Assembly (NCBI RefSeq): GCF_001194135.2
Contig: NC_068983.1
Coordinates: 98,752,908-98,816,907 of the forward strand
Reading direction: 5' to 3'
Length of the DNA stretch: 64,000 nt
Origin: Octopus bimaculoides
Lineage: Eukaryota
Positions within the stretch are counted from its first letter, which is position 1; every line of letters begins with the position of its first letter. The translations under genes were made by a program, and so were the position numbers. This document shows, in pieces, positions 1-14,134 of this stretch. The notes under the pieces were generated by a model. The model was not told where the DNA came from. It made no database searches and saw only the letters and a list, made by a program, of their open reading frames with translations.

Positions 1-48
1 ATTATTATTTTTATCATCATCATCATCATTATCATTTTCATTTTCATT

Positions 49-262
49 AACGTGGCGAGCTGGCAGAACCATTAACACACTGGGCAAAAATACTTAGTGG
101 CATTTAGTTTGTCTTTATGTTCTGAGTTCAAATTCTGCCAAGGTTGACTTTGCCTTTCATCCTTTCTGGGTCAATGAAATAAGTACCAGTTGAGTAGTAG
201 GGTCGATGTATTCGACTCATCCCTCAAAACTGCTGGCCTTGTGCCAAAATTTGAAATCATTA
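49..262 (+). mobile_element. Second SINE family (GGCGAGCTGGCAG...GAGTTCAAATTC...AAGTACCAGTT)
   Basis: Box A/B-like motifs and (ATT)n tail. Repeated at ~283-500, 8456-8622(-), 11168-11386, 18128-18650, 32150-32362, 63365-63545(-) and 63795-63965(-). Confidence 0.8.
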
Positions 263-496
263 TTGTTATTATCGTTTTTGCTAAGGCATTGAGCTGTTAG
301 AATTGTTAAAATGTCAGGCAAAATGCTTAATGGTATTTCATCCCTCTACGTTCTGAGTTCAAATTCTGCCAGTATGATGACTTTGCCTTTCGTCCTTTCA
401 GGGTCAATATATTAAGAACCAGTGAAACACTTGGGTCAATGTATTCAACTAGTCCTCTCTCCCAAAATTTCAGGCCCTGTGCCTTTAGTAGAAAGG

Positions 497-529
<33 letters not shown>

Positions 530-779
530 CTAAATAATTTTACAAGATGTGGCTGACAGACAGCAGGCCTGACTGAAAATAATTCTTTCAAATTTTGGCG
601 TAATTTTGAGGTGCAGAAAGATGGTGATTACATCAACTCAGTGCTCAACTGGGATATATTTCATTGACTCCCAAAAGAATGATAGACAAAGTCGACCTCA
701 GAATGTAAAAAGCCATAAGAAATGCTGCTAGTGTAGTAATGATTCTGCCAGCTCTCTGCCTTGGCCTAATGTGCACTCG

Positions 780-812
<33 letters not shown>

Positions 813-1187
813 ATATCTAGAGTTTTGTGCCATTCCTTTTCAAAACAACAGAGATCTTCATTTTAAATAACAAGCAAATATAGGCAGAAATATTTTCTTA
901 GTCTATTCAAAAACACTATCTTTCCTACAAACAGAACACACTGTACTTTATTGGTGGAATTTCAATGAAATTCCTTGATCTTTTTCAAAGTTCTTTCAAG
1001 TTCTGTAAATATTTTACATATACAAAGCATCCTCATTGAACTTGATGTCAAAAGCTCTCTTGTTGATAAATGTTATTCAGAGATATTTAACACAGAAAGA
1101 TAATAATCTGCCAAGTTTCCTACATGTTTTTCTCAATTTTTGCAAGGGGACTCGAATTTCTGTACAGAATCTTGTGACGAACATCTT

Positions 1188-1970
1188 TACATCATCGTTT
1201 AACGTCCATTTTCCATGTTGGCATGGGTTGGACGGTTTGACTGAGGTCTGGAGAGCCAGCAGCTGCACCAGGCTCCATCTGATCTGGCAATGTTTCTACA
1301 GCTGGATGCCCTTCTTAATGCCAACCACTTCGAGAGTGTAGTGGATGCTTTTTATGTGCCACCAGTACAGGAACTAGTCAGGCGGGCCTGGTATCGATCA
1401 CATTCAGATAGTGCTTTTTTACATGCCATTAGCACAGGAGTCAGTCAGGGAACACTGGCATTGACCATGTTCAGATGATGCATTTTACGTGCTACTGGAA
1501 CAGAAGCCAGTCAGAGGGCACTGGCCACAGCTATGATTTTGGTTTTACTTGACTCAACAGGTCTTCTCAAGCATATCATATCACCCGGCACATCAAGGGT
1601 ACTCTTAAATGGGTCGGACATGCAACAGTTGCATCAGCTATGGCTGCGATCTCACTTTAGTTGCCGGGTCTTTTCAATGACAGCATATCTCCAAAGGTCT
1701 CAATCACCTGTCATTGCCTCTGTAAGGCCTAATGTTTGAAAGTCATGCTTCACCACTTCATCCCATGTCTTCCTGGATCTTCCTTTTCCACAAGTTCCTT
1801 CCACAGTTAGGGTGTGGAACCTCCTCACACAGCTGTCCTCATCCATACATAACACATGACCGTACTAGTGCAGTTGTCTCTCTTGCACACCACATTCGAT
1901 GCGTATGTCCAACTTTTCTCTCTGGGCGCTTACACTCTGTTATGTATGCACACTGACATTACATATCCAG
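1188..1970 (-). mobile_element. 5'-truncated RTE-clade LINE (ORF end, 3'UTR, (GAT)n tail)
   Basis: Minus strand reads IRWICNVSVH...YGHVLCMDEDSCVRR..VEGTCGKGRSRKTWDEVVKHD, followed by the abundant 3'UTR ending GGACGTTAAACGATGATG. Confidence 0.85.
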
Positions 1971-2035
1971 CGGATCATACTGGATGTGTAATGTCAGTGT
2001 GCATACACGACAGAGTGTAAGCGCCCTGAGAGAAA
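1915..2035. repeat. 56 bp inverted repeat with 9 nt loop at the 5' end of the RTE copy
   Basis: 1915-1970 versus 1980-2035, 52/56 complementary. Confidence 0.9.
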
Positions 2036-2670
2036 TAAAATATTTTAATGTGTAGGCATAGGCATGGCAATAAATTTGCCTTCCAACCACATGGTTATGG
2101 GTTCAGTTCCACTGCATGGTAATTTGGGTTTCTTCTACTATAGCCCCAGGCCAACCAAAGCCTTGTGAATGGATTTGATAGACAGAAACTGAAAGAAGCC
2201 TATTCTGAGTGTATATGAGTGCATGCATGTAAACATGTGTGCATACACACACACACACTATTTCTCTCTCTCTCTCTCTCTATATCTATATATATATATA
2301 TATATATACATAAATAGAGACACATATATTTAATTATATTTATATATATAATTTACAATTTAAATATAGGATAAAATCTTTATTCTTTCTAAGACTAGTA
2401 CTTCTTCTGTTGGTCACTTTTGCTGAACCTCTAAGTTACGGGAAGTAAACACACCAGGATCGGTTGTCAAGCAATAACAGAGGGACAAACACACACATAT
2501 ATACGATAGGCTTCTTTCAATTTCAGTCTACCATATCTACTCACAAGGCTTTGGTTGGCCTGAGGCTATAGTAGAAGACACTTGTCCAAGGTGCCATGCA
2601 GTGGAACTGAATCCAGAAAGAACCTTGTGGTTGGAAAGCAAGCTTCTTACTACACAGCCATGCCTGTGCC

Positions 2671-2776
<106 letters not shown>

Positions 2777-5700
2777 TATATACACACACACCTACATATT
2801 TAATTATATCTACATCTATATATATATATGTATATATATATATATACATACATTTGAATATATATATATAAACACACACATATAAATATACACATATGTA
2901 AATATATACATACATCTCTTTCTCTCTCCCTCTCTCTCCACACACATATTTCTTTATATCTTTCTAGAACCACAAACTTTTCTTCAACAGTATATCTTTT
3001 TGCTCCTACTTTTTGTTTTCTTTCTGCTTCTTTCTCAACAAAGCTTTGAGCATATTTTTCTTTATATTCTTTCACACTGCTTTCTAATAATACATAATGC
3101 CTGCCAACATAAAACTTATTGTAACAATTACAATAAATCATATAGTGAAAGATACACTTCTTAGTAACTTTTTGTCTTTCTTGTTCTCTTTCCTTCACCA
3201 TTATATATATACATTTTATATTTGTTGTTTCTTTATATTCTTTTGTGTCCACTTCCCCTTTTTTGCTTTTTTTTTCCTCTTTCATTTCTCTAATATATCT
3301 TTTATCTTTTGTCTTACTTGTTTCAGTCATTGGACTACGACCATGCTGGGGCACCACTTTGAATGATATAGTTGAACAGATCGACCCCAGTACTTTATAA
3401 AGTTTGGCAATCTTTCAGCCTCCTTTTGCCGAATTGCTAAGAGGATGCAAACAAACCAACACAGGTTGACAAACGGTGGGACGGGGGTGGGAGGCAACCA
3501 CACAAACACAAAGACATACACATCAGACAGTTTTTATCTACCAAATCCACTCACAAGGCTTTGGTTGGTCCAGAGATATAGTTAAAGACACTTGTCCAAG
3601 GTGCTACACAGCGGGACTGAACCCAAGGCCATATGGTTGGGAAACAAGCTTCTTATCCACCACACAGTGTGCCTTTTATTTTATTTTGTGAATGTCCTTT
3701 TACTTACAAAAACTTTGTCAATTGCCAAATTTAGATTTGAAATTATGGAATTCATAAAACCATATTTTGATCGAATATTTATACTTATATTAGTCAGTAA
3801 TTCTAATAAATAAAGACCTCAGTTACTTTTCCAAAAAACACAATGAAACTGAGTAAACAATGGTGACAATTACAGTTTTATCAGGTGTTATAATTATTGT
3901 AAGCCTATTTTATGCATTGAGTACTATTTCTTTACATTCGTTTATATGGATTCACACAACACATCATCACAATCAGGGTTTGTTCTTAGCTGCAGTTATT
4001 GACCTCCTAGACTGGCTGAAGAAGCACATCTTACTCAAAACACACAGGTGCAGGCATGGCTGCATGGTTGAGAAGTTAATTTTGTATGCATGTGTTTTCA
4101 GGTTCAGTCTCACTGTACAGCACCGTAGGCTTCACAGTGGGAAAGAACTGAATAGTTTTCTAAAGCCCTGAGGTGAATTTGGTAGATGGAAACTGAAAGA
4201 AGTTCATTGTATGTGTATGTTGCCTGAAACCTGACCCTGGTTCTATGATACAAACTTCCTAATGTGATCCAAATTAAAACTTCCATCAAATTTCATGTGG
4301 ATTTATTTTCCAAACAACAGATTAATAATGACAAACGTTTATGAATTTGTTTTGCAAGATTCTTGACAAGAAATCATGAGTTGAAAGATATATTTCGGGA
4401 TGGTCATTTTTTTTTCTTGCCAACTAGACACATGCATTATATATTTATTCTTTACTCATTTATTATTATTGTTATTTTATCTTATGTCCACTGTCTGGAA
4501 ATCTTTTGTTGTTGAAGAGGCACAGGTGTATGATGAAAGCTTTCCAGACAACAGAGATAAGATGAAATAAGAACAATAATAAATGAGTGAAGAATGAATG
4601 TATAGCGCATGTGTTTATTTGGCAAGAAAAAAATCACCATCCCAAAATATAACAATAAATATGACAAAGATTTTTTTACTAAATTCTTCATCAGTTTCAA
4701 AATTAATTGAAACAAAGGCAATGTATTTCAACAGAAATAATGTAACAAAAAGAACCTACATACTAACACTTAAAGCACAGCACTGCTTGATAGAAAGTTA
4801 TTATATCTTTTCACAAACAACTCAGTAACTGTATATTAACCTTTTGATACCAATCTGCCCAAAACTGCTCCTGCTTCTATGGTATAAATTTACTGTTTTA
4901 AAGTGATCTAAATTAAAACCTTTCATTAAAATTTCACGTTAATTTATGTTTCAAACACCAGCTTAATAATGTCAAAAATGGTTTACTAAGTCTTTCAATA
5001 TTTTCAAAATTAAGTGAAACAAAAGCCAGTGTATTTCTAAAGAAATATAGTAGTGAAAGAGTTAAACCTTCAGCTTTCAGATTACTTTTTAAGGTTGTCT
5101 CTACAGATTTCCTATAGAAGTTAGAGATAACTTTAAAAAGTGATTTAATAGCACTGCTAACACAGTAAGACACAGTATTGACTTATAAAGCGTTTAATAT
5201 ACTTTGTAGTGTATTATGGTTGCATAACAAAATACAGTTTCCTTACAAATAATTAATTAGATTACTTGTCAAATGTAATACATATTTATTCACAATGTTT
5301 TGAATTAATCCTGTATTATCTCATAATTTTGAAATTTTGATGGTATGACACTTTATTTTTAGAATGACGTTGTTGGGTTGGTGTGAGAAGCCAGATTTGG
5401 CTGGTTTGAACATAAAACAGTAGAATATTTGGGTACGATATGGCCAAAGGTTTCATTAAAATTTCATGTTAATTTATATTCCAAATACCAGTTCATAATG
5501 ATAAAGTCTTCTTTACGAAATTCTCAATTTTCAAAAACAATTGAAACATAGATGGGCAAAGAGGTTCAGTAAGAAAATAAAGAAAGGAGCAAAAGTAGAT
5601 ACACCAGAGTGGCTCGACAGAGTTGAGCAGAAAGTATGGTAGTAGTAATACGAGGGTTAGTAGGTTGTTATATATTTGAAACTTAGCCTTAGGTCGATTT

Positions 5701-7401
5701 TGATTTAATAAACCCACTATCAAAAGCATTATTCATTCCAGCCATAAATTATTTTGTCTTTTTAGGGGTATGCAGGAGGATTACATTATCCAATATCTCC
5801 TTTACAAAGGTGGGATTTGAAGGAAATTTTCTAGCAGATCACTGACCCTGTAGAGGCAGGCTCCTTCCTTCGCTGGTTTGTGAAGATTAGTTAATCAAGC
5901 AGATGGCCCCATTATAGGATGTAGTCAACAATGTTTATGCAACAGCTGCTGAGAATATGACTGTAACAGTCTCACAATTATTATAATGTATTTCTCAAAA
6001 TTATTATAGTTAATCCTTTCACAGAGTGTCTAATTGTGTTTGTTGTGATATTTTTGCTGTTTAGCCCCAAGTCAACCCTGATTGAGCAAAACATTGGATC
6101 AAAAACAAGTCCAGCTGTGACCAGTATTATCATTTTATATATCAGAGACAACATTGTCTACTATATCCTTCCCTTTTTCTAAATGGTGGTGTATATTTTA
6201 ATGGAAATTTTACTACCATTTCTAGCAAGTCTGTGATCATACAGAGACTCCTTTGTTTATGGATTCTCTTGTATTCAGCAGATGAGAAATAAATCTTTCA
6301 TGGAGAAGCCAGTTAGTTTATGATTGGTAAATCTTGCCCTTCACAATGAAGTGAAGAAGCTAACAATGTAGCAACTGTTCAGTAAATTAACTTGCTAGAA
6401 ATAGAAGCCAAATATTCCCCTTAAATCACAGCCTGCTATCTTGGAAACGAAAGTTACATCAGATGATGAAGCCCCAATTTTACAAAATGGCAGAATGGTC
6501 ACAGCTGGAAAGCCTTTGATCACAGCTCTGCTCTATCATGACAGACTTGGAAGTTAAACAACAACAACAACAGCAACAACTATGTGAATATAGGCAGGTA
6601 GAATAAAATGGCCTACTTGGAGACACAATAAAATACTTGCAGGTGATCTAACCTGTCTACTACGTTATTTCACCATTAATGTAATAAAAGAACGTGAAAA
6701 TAAGCTAAACAAAGTAAACCATAAACCATAATTTAATAACCAAATGATGGCCTAAATATAAACTACCATGACAACCTAACTCAGTAGTTTGTCTTGCGTG
6801 AATTTGTCAGTCACAGATGTCTTGTCAGAATTACCTTATGATATATGCTTCACATAACCTATTTGTATGCTGTGTTCTGACAAACAAATATATGATTTTA
6901 TGACTCTCATACGTTCTATAATCCTCAAACTGTTGCATCAATACCACTTCTCTTCTTCTACCTAAACCAACACAACGAATGCTCCGGTATATTATCCCGC
7001 TTGGCAGACATTGTATTAAAACCTTTCTGAAATCTTTCTCACCGTCAGCTAATTACTAATTCTTTCTCGAACTCCATTCCTACTAAAGGTTCATGCTTGT
7101 CCAATCCACTCAATCAAAAACCAGCTTGCATAGTTTCAGGCTGAACTCAAACTCAAATAAACACCACTCAAATATATATGAATAAAACAAAACAAAACAA
7201 AACAAAAAAACAGCTAAGGTCATTCTTCCCTCCCACCAGCCTAACAAAAATTATTTTCAGAGAATAATATGATAAACTGGTGATAGTCAGATCATAGTAG
7301 CTGTTATTGTTCAGCCCAAAGACAGATTAATTAAGTAAAGTTAAAATTCAAAAGCATTTCAGCTTTGATTATCCTCCTTTTTTCATGTGTAACCCGTTAG
7401 T

Positions 7402-7789
7402 GTGGAGGTGCAATGGCCCAGTGGTTAGGGCAGTGGACTCGCGGTCATAGGATCGTGGTTTCGATTCCCAGACCAGGCGTTGTGAGTGTTTATTGAGCGA
7501 AAACACCTAAAGCTCCACGAGGCTCCGGCAGGGGATGGTGGCGAACCCTACTGTACTCTTCCACCACAACTTTCTCTCACTCTTACTTCCTGTTTCTGTT
7601 GTGCCTGTAATTCTAAGGGCCAGCCTTGTCATACTGTGTCATGCTGAATATCTCCGAGAACTACATTAAGGGTACACGTGTCTGTGGAGTGCTCAGCCAC
7701 TTGCACATTAATTTCACGAGCAGGCTGTTCCGTTGATTGGATCAACTGGAACCCTCAACGTCGTAAGTGACGGAGTGCCAACAAGCAAC
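7402..7789 (+). mobile_element. Full-length tRNA-derived SINE (third family) with TSD
   Basis: Box A TGGCCCAGTGG, box B GTTTCGATTCC, 11 bp TSD AACCCGTTAGT (7391-7401, 7790-7800). A decayed relative lies near 39430-39900. Confidence 0.88.
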
Positions 7790-8626
7790 AACCCGTTAGT
7801 ATCCAAATTATTCATTCAAATGTAATGCTTTGTTTTGAATTAACCATGCATTATCTTGTAACTTTGAGCTCTCGATGACGTAACTGCTTATTTTTAATTT
7901 TTAGAATAACATTGTAACATAGGTGTAAGACATTTTATCTGGCCAGTTTGAACATAAGACAGGTAGAATATTTTAGCCAGATATGGTTGGTTTAATTCTT
8001 GAGCATTCAGATTTCTTTGTCAAATGTATTAATTACTTATTCACTATATTGTTGTGAATTAATCATGCATTATCTTGTAGCTTCAAGATTTCAATGGCAT
8101 GTTTGTATATTTTTAGAATGACATTGTAGGGTAGGTGTAAGAAGTTGGATATGGTCAGTTTTAACATAAACCAGGTAGACTTTTTGGACTGGATATGGCC
8201 AGATAAAATGCTAAAGGGGTTAAGATGTTAGAGTGCTTTTTAAGAAAACTGACTATTTCTAGTTGATGACTACAAAGTGGCTTCCACCATGTTGGCTCAA
8301 CCAATGTAGCTTATATAGATAGATAATACAATTATATATTATAGACATTAATTAGAAACACAGTAAGGCAAAAGGCAAACTTGTAGTCAACAGAACAGTA
8401 ATATATGCATGGTAGCATGAGCATGCTGAAACTATAAACTGTACTTTAATAATAATCCTTTCTACTATAGGCCCCAAGGCCTGAAATTTTGGGAGAGGGG
8501 CTTAGTTGATTACATCGATCTCAGTGCTCAGTTGGCACTTATTTCACTGACTCTGAAAGAATGAAAAGCAAAGTCAATCTAGGCAAAATTTGAACTCAGA
8601 ATGTAAAGCCAGAAGAAATGTTGCTA

Positions 8627-9320
8627 GGCGCAGGAGTGGCTTTGTGGTAAGTAGCTTGCTTACCAATCACATGGTCCCGGGTTCAGTCCCACTGTGTGGC
8701 ATCTTGGGCAAGTGTCATCTACTATAGCCTCGGGCCGACCAAAGCCTTGTGAGTGGATTTGGTAGACGGAAACTGAAGGAAGCCCGTCGTATATATGTAT
8801 ATATATATATATATATNNNNNNNNNNNNNNNNNNNNNNNNNNNNNNNNNNNNNNNNNNNNNNNNNNNNNNNNNNNNNNNNNNNNNNNNNNNNNNNNNNNN
8901 NNNNNNNNNNNNNNNNNNNNNNNNNNNNNNNNNNNNNNNNNNNNNNNNNNNNNNNNNNNNNNNNNNNNNNNNNNNNNNNNNNNNNNNNNNNNNNNNNNNN
9001 NNNNNNNNNNNNNNNNNNNNNNNNNNNNNNNNNNNNNNNNNNNNNNNNNNNNNNNNNNNNNNNNNNNNNNNNNNNNNNNNNNNNNTGTGTGTGTGTGTGT
9101 GTGTGTTTGTGTGCTTGTGTTTGTCCCCCTAGCATTGCTTGACAACCGATGCTGGTGTGTTTACATCCCCGTAACTTAGCGGTTCGGCAAAAGAGACCGA
9201 TAGAATAAGTACTGGGCTTACAAAGAATAAGTCCTGGGGTCGATTTGCTCGACTAAAGGCGGTGCTCCAGCATAGCCGCAGTCAAAATGACTGAAACAAG
9301 TAAAAAAGTAAAAGAGAGTA
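8627..9320 (+). mobile_element. Bipartite tRNA-derived SINE (head + microsatellite + second module); dominant family
   Basis: Box A/B-like head (GTGGCT..GTGGT / GGGTTCAGTCCC), TTGGGCAAGT core-like motif, (TA)n/(TG)n spacer, tail GACTGAAACAAGTAAAA. Nested in another SINE. Other copies at ~2388-2670(-), 3335-3668(-), 9712-11135(+), 19936-20355(+), 29785-30185(+), 36405-36797(-), 48512-48906(-), 50590-50985(-) and 61822-62075(+). Confidence 0.88.
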
Positions 9321-9980
9321 AGTATTTTGTCTGGCATGCAAATGATTCTGCATGCTCACTGCCGAACAGCATACTTTAATAGTAATAATAATAATAATGA
9401 GATGAATTTTGAAGCTAGACAACAAAATTTACTGCTAATATTTAGATTATCTAAGCAGAGGCTAGTAAGGTTGAAAGGTCAGTTAATGACATTAAAATGG
9501 ATTAAAAAGAAAAGAAAACAGAACAAAACAAGCTAATAATGAAGGCTATGAAGGACACAAATTCTTGTGAGCCAGTACTTCAGTGGTCGTTTATATATTT
9601 CAAGCATCAAGCATAACAACAATAATGGTGCATCTGCAGGATCTTACAACTTGCTAGAAATAATAGCTAAACCATCCTGAAATCATGTTCTAAAATCTTA
9701 AAAGGTCAAATAGACATGGCTGGCTGTGTGGTAAGAAGCTTGCTTCCCAACTACATTGTTCTGGGATCAGTCCCATTGTGTGGCATTGTGGGTAAGTGTC
9801 TTCTACTATAGCTCTAGGCCAACTAAAGTCTTGTGAGTGGGTTTGGTAGAAGGAAATTGAAGAAGTCTGTAGTATATATNNNNNNNNNNNNNNNNNNNNN
9901 NNNNNNNNNNNNNNNNNNNNNNNNNNNNNNNNNNNNNNNNNNNNNATATATATATATATATACATACACATACATACATA

Positions 9981-10924
9981 CACAAGTGCAATGGGTAAAT
10001 TGTTGCCATTTTATATTTTTTTATTTTGTGCATGCGCATTGTTTGTTTTTGATTTTGTCAATTACACAGTTTAATAGGGTCAGTTGGACACCATCTGTAA
10101 GAAAAACAGTACAACGATGCAATTCACTCTGCCACAAATTGGGAAATGACATGCTGTACTGTTTGGCATTTGCACCAAGAAGCTCCAATACAAATATTTC
10201 AGAGTGTTTGGGTGTAAATCTGAAGACAGTGCAGAGGATTCAGAAAGAGTTGGATGAGTCTAAATGGTGATTACAAAGGTATGGCAGCTTAGAGAACTCA
10301 TTATGATTGTTTTGATAAGAAAAGAACTCCTAAATTTCTTGGTGAGATCCAGGCCATGATTGACAACGATACCTCCAAGTCAATCAAGACCATCGCCAGG
10401 GACATGGGAGTGTCTGAGTTTCTTATCAGGCAATTGCCTGAAGGAGGTAGTGCTGTCCTGGGTCAAGAGGGTGGCTGCTGGAAGACCCTATGCCTGGCAA
10501 CAGGACTCTGAACCATGCCACAAAAGCAGGAGAACCCAGTCGTTGTTGTCAAACAATTTCTGCGACCACATCACCCCTAACATCTGGCCATAACTCCCCA
10601 GACTGCAACCTCCTTGATTATTATGTGTGGGGCACAGCTGAGCGAGACCAACAAAACTCGTTTTAACACCAAAGATGAACTGAAGGCAAGGATTATGGCA
10701 GCATTCACCAACTTAAACAAGGAGACCATCCGGAAAACTTGCAGGAGATTCTGAAGTCGACTGGAAGCTGTGGTTGAAGCCAATGGCAATTTTATTGAAT
10801 AAATTTATTCTTTAGTATTTCAAGATATTTTTATGTAATTTGGTAAATACATTTTTTTAAATGAGATGTCAGTGTTATTTTCATTTCTGCATAATTTAGA
10901 CGACAGTTCATTCACTGCACCCTG
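9981..10924 (+). mobile_element. Internally deleted maT (DD37D) Tc1/mariner-superfamily element
   Basis: Degenerate TIRs (left CACAAGTGCAATGGGTAAATTGTTGCC; right reverse complement CAGGGTGCAGTGAATGAACTGTCGTC). Remnant peptides NISECLGVNLKTVQRIQKEL, WQQDSEPCHKSRRTQ, WP-NSPDCNLLDYYVWG and RLEAVVEANGNFIE*. Confidence 0.88.
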
Positions 10925-12245
10925 TGTGTGTGTGTTTGTTCTCCCACCATCACTTGACAACTGATGCTGGTGTGTTTATGTCTCCGTAATTCAGTGGTTC
11001 AGTTAAAGAGACCAATAGAATAAGTACTAGGCTTAAAAAGAATAAGTGCTGGGTTCAATTTCTTTGACTAAACCTCTGTAAGGCAGTGCTCCAGCATGGC
11101 CACAGTCAAATGATTGAAACAGGTAAAAAAAATAAACGAATACATTAGATAGTGTCCTAATTACACTATAAGGCAGTGGTTTAGGAGAATTGCTTCAGCA
11201 TTGGACAAAAAGGCTTAGAAGCATTTCATCCATCGTCATATTCTGAGTTCAAATTCCACCAAGGTTGACTTTGCCTTTCATCCTTTCAGGGTCGATAAAA
11301 TAAGTACCAGTTGAACATTTGGGTCAATGTAATCGACTAACCCCACTCCCCTGAAATTGCTGGCCTTGTGCCAAAATTTTAAACCAGTATATGTTCCAGT
11401 TTTTTATATTCTGTGATCAAATCTGGTTGAGATCAGCCACGCTTTTCATATTGTCCAGTGTCAATAAAATAATATGCCAGTCCAGAGCAGCAGACTGGTA
11501 CATTGATTGGCAGAGTGTTGGGACATACTGCCTTGTGGTGTCTGTCTCAGTTATTTATAACTTGTGCCAAGCTATGCTGGCTCTTGACTTTCTCAGTGAT
11601 GTGGAGGGTGGAAGAGTTCAAATGTGAGACTTCCAAGAAAAAGAAGAAAAAAAAAAAGACAAACACATTGCCCAGGTGTGCATCCTGGAGAAGAACTTTC
11701 TAGTCTAGATGCAACATGGTCAGCTCTGATTAATGTAGGTCTTAGATCTGTTGGATCAGGGCTGACTTACAGCTAAACAATGACTATCTTAATCAACAGA
11801 GATCAGCAGCATGCTCAGATGTGTAATAGATATAAAAACACAGACACAGACATGCACACACACTCACTCATTCACACACAGTCGTCGTCATTGTCATCAT
11901 CATTATCATCATCATCATTTTAATGTCCACTTTTCCATACTTGCATGTGTTAGATGGAGCAGCCTAATGTTCTTGCAGAATATTGAAAATGAATACGACA
12001 CACTTTGCATGATGTAATGTCAAGACAAGGAGACAAACATACACATATACATGACGGGCTTCCTTCAGTTTTCATCAACCAAATCCACTCCTGAGTTGGC
12101 CTAGGGATATAATAAAAGACACTTGTCCAAGGTACCATGCAGTGGGACTAAACTCAGAATAATGTAGTTGGGAAGCAAACTTCCTCTTATCAAACGACAA
12201 TGCCTGTGTCTACACATGCACACACAAACACATATATATGGTATA

Positions 12246-12470
12246 CAGTTGTTACCAAAAGTTTGGAACAAAAGTCTGAAAATTAGAATTTTTATATTAA
12301 ATGCCCTAAGTTACAGTTAATTTGCAATATACTATTACTACTTGCAGTAATATGGTGGTATCTATAAAAATTATTAGGTAAGTAAATCTCTACATTTTAT
12401 ATATTCGAATCGAATTGTACTTGGGCATAACAATTTTAATTTTTAAAAAAATGTTCCAAACTTTTGGCCA
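12246..12470. mobile_element. Tc1-like MITE remnant
   Basis: Left end TA|CAGTTGTTACCAAAAGTTTGGAACA. 16 bp perfect inverted match at 12255-12270 / 12452-12467. Outer part of the right TIR is missing. Confidence 0.5.
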
Positions 12471-14097
12471 TTAAGAAATAAAAATTACATTTATAAACAA
12501 ATTAATGAATAAATTCGATTAGTGTAAAACTAGTGATTACTTAGTATTTAAGTAAAGTTTAAGCTGTTTGAACATTTCAATAAAATATAGCAAACATTAT
12601 TGAAAGCAACAATAATCAATATTCTTGGCGCTATACACATGCATTGCTATATTCTCAATATTTTTTTAATAACACAAATAGAAAGCTGTCAAATGATGCT
12701 TACATTTGAAATACTCTTTAAACACTCAGCATTTAAATTTGCTGTATCAGGCCCAAATATTCTACCTGCTTTCTGTTAAACTTAGTCATATCCAGCCTCT
12801 TACACCTATCCTACAATGTCATTCTAGAAATAAACAGTTATATCGAAATGCCGAAGCTAATGAAGTAAGGCATGATTAATTCAAAACAATGTGAATAAAT
12901 GAACGTTACAACTGACAGAATAATCTGAATGCTAAAACAATCAAGAATTTGTAGCAAAGAGTCTGGGATGAGCAGAAGGTAAAAAAACACAAAACAACTA
13001 TACTTTTTTTTTTTTTAATTTTGCTTTCGTTCTTGATCACTCTCTCTCTCTCTCTGACTGGTTAACCATCTATCTCCTCTACTGCAAGACACCTGTTCCT
13101 GTCCCTTTGCCACAGTCTAACCTTTCATCACCTGGCACAAGGCCACCTCCACCAATGCTCTACCTCTCAAAGAATCCTGGTCTTGTGAGGTACTTGGTGA
13201 CCTCCCCCCCCACCAGTGCTGGTGCCATGTAAAAAAAGCATCCAATCCATACTGTAAAGTGGTTGGCATTTAGAAGAGCATCCAACTGTAAAAACCATGC
13301 CAAAACAGAGAGGCTTGGTGCAGTTTTCTGCCAGCATGGAAAATGGATGCTAAATGATAATGATGATGATGATGATGATGATGCTTGTTTATTGTTGTAC
13401 AACTCCAAGTCGACTATTGATTGAGTAGATCTTGTAATCAAAGGTGCTCCTGCTTGTCATTTCAGAAATATACAAGACTACATTATCTAATGTGTCCTTT
13501 CTATTTTTTTAAGACAGTAGGCTGTACTTTGATAGTGAGTTGGCTGCTATTTCTAGTAGGTCAAGCAAACAAGTAAAAGTTCCCTTGTTGGGTTTTTATT
13601 GATATATTGACCCTTCAGCATTTAAACTAGTCATATCTGGTCCAAAATATTCTACCAGTTTTATGTTCAAACTGATCAAATCTGGCCTCTCATACCTATC
13701 CTACAATGCCATTCTAAAAATAAACATTCACATCTCAAAGCTACAAGACAAGGCATGATTAATCTAAAAAAAAATATGAATAAGTATTACATTTGACAGA
13801 GTAATCAAAACTAAAAAGTTAAGGCAGTGTTTGAAACTCAATCATCATATTGCACGACAAACTGACAGGTGATCTTTAATCCACATTATATAGTAAAAGC
13901 AAATGAAATAAAATAATTAGTAAAAATTAAAAATATCAATCACATTTTCTGTGTTTCTTGTCTATCTATCTAATGTTTCTTCTTCATGGTGGCATGGGTT
14001 GGATGGTTTGACTGGAGCTGGCAAGCCAGGAGTCTGTACCATGCCCCAATGCTTTTTTTTTGGTATGGTTTCTATGGGTGGATGCCTATCCTAATGC

Positions 14098-14134
<37 letters not shown>

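Noticed and set aside
6950-7140. Non-repetitive, slightly GC-richer stretch checked as the missing downstream WAPL exon
   Set aside because: The minus-strand frames I checked contain stops or lack WAPL similarity and suitable splice sites.
7402-7480. tRNA-like sequence with A and B boxes
   Set aside because: It is the head of a TSD-flanked SINE and has no proper acceptor stem, so it is not a tRNA gene.
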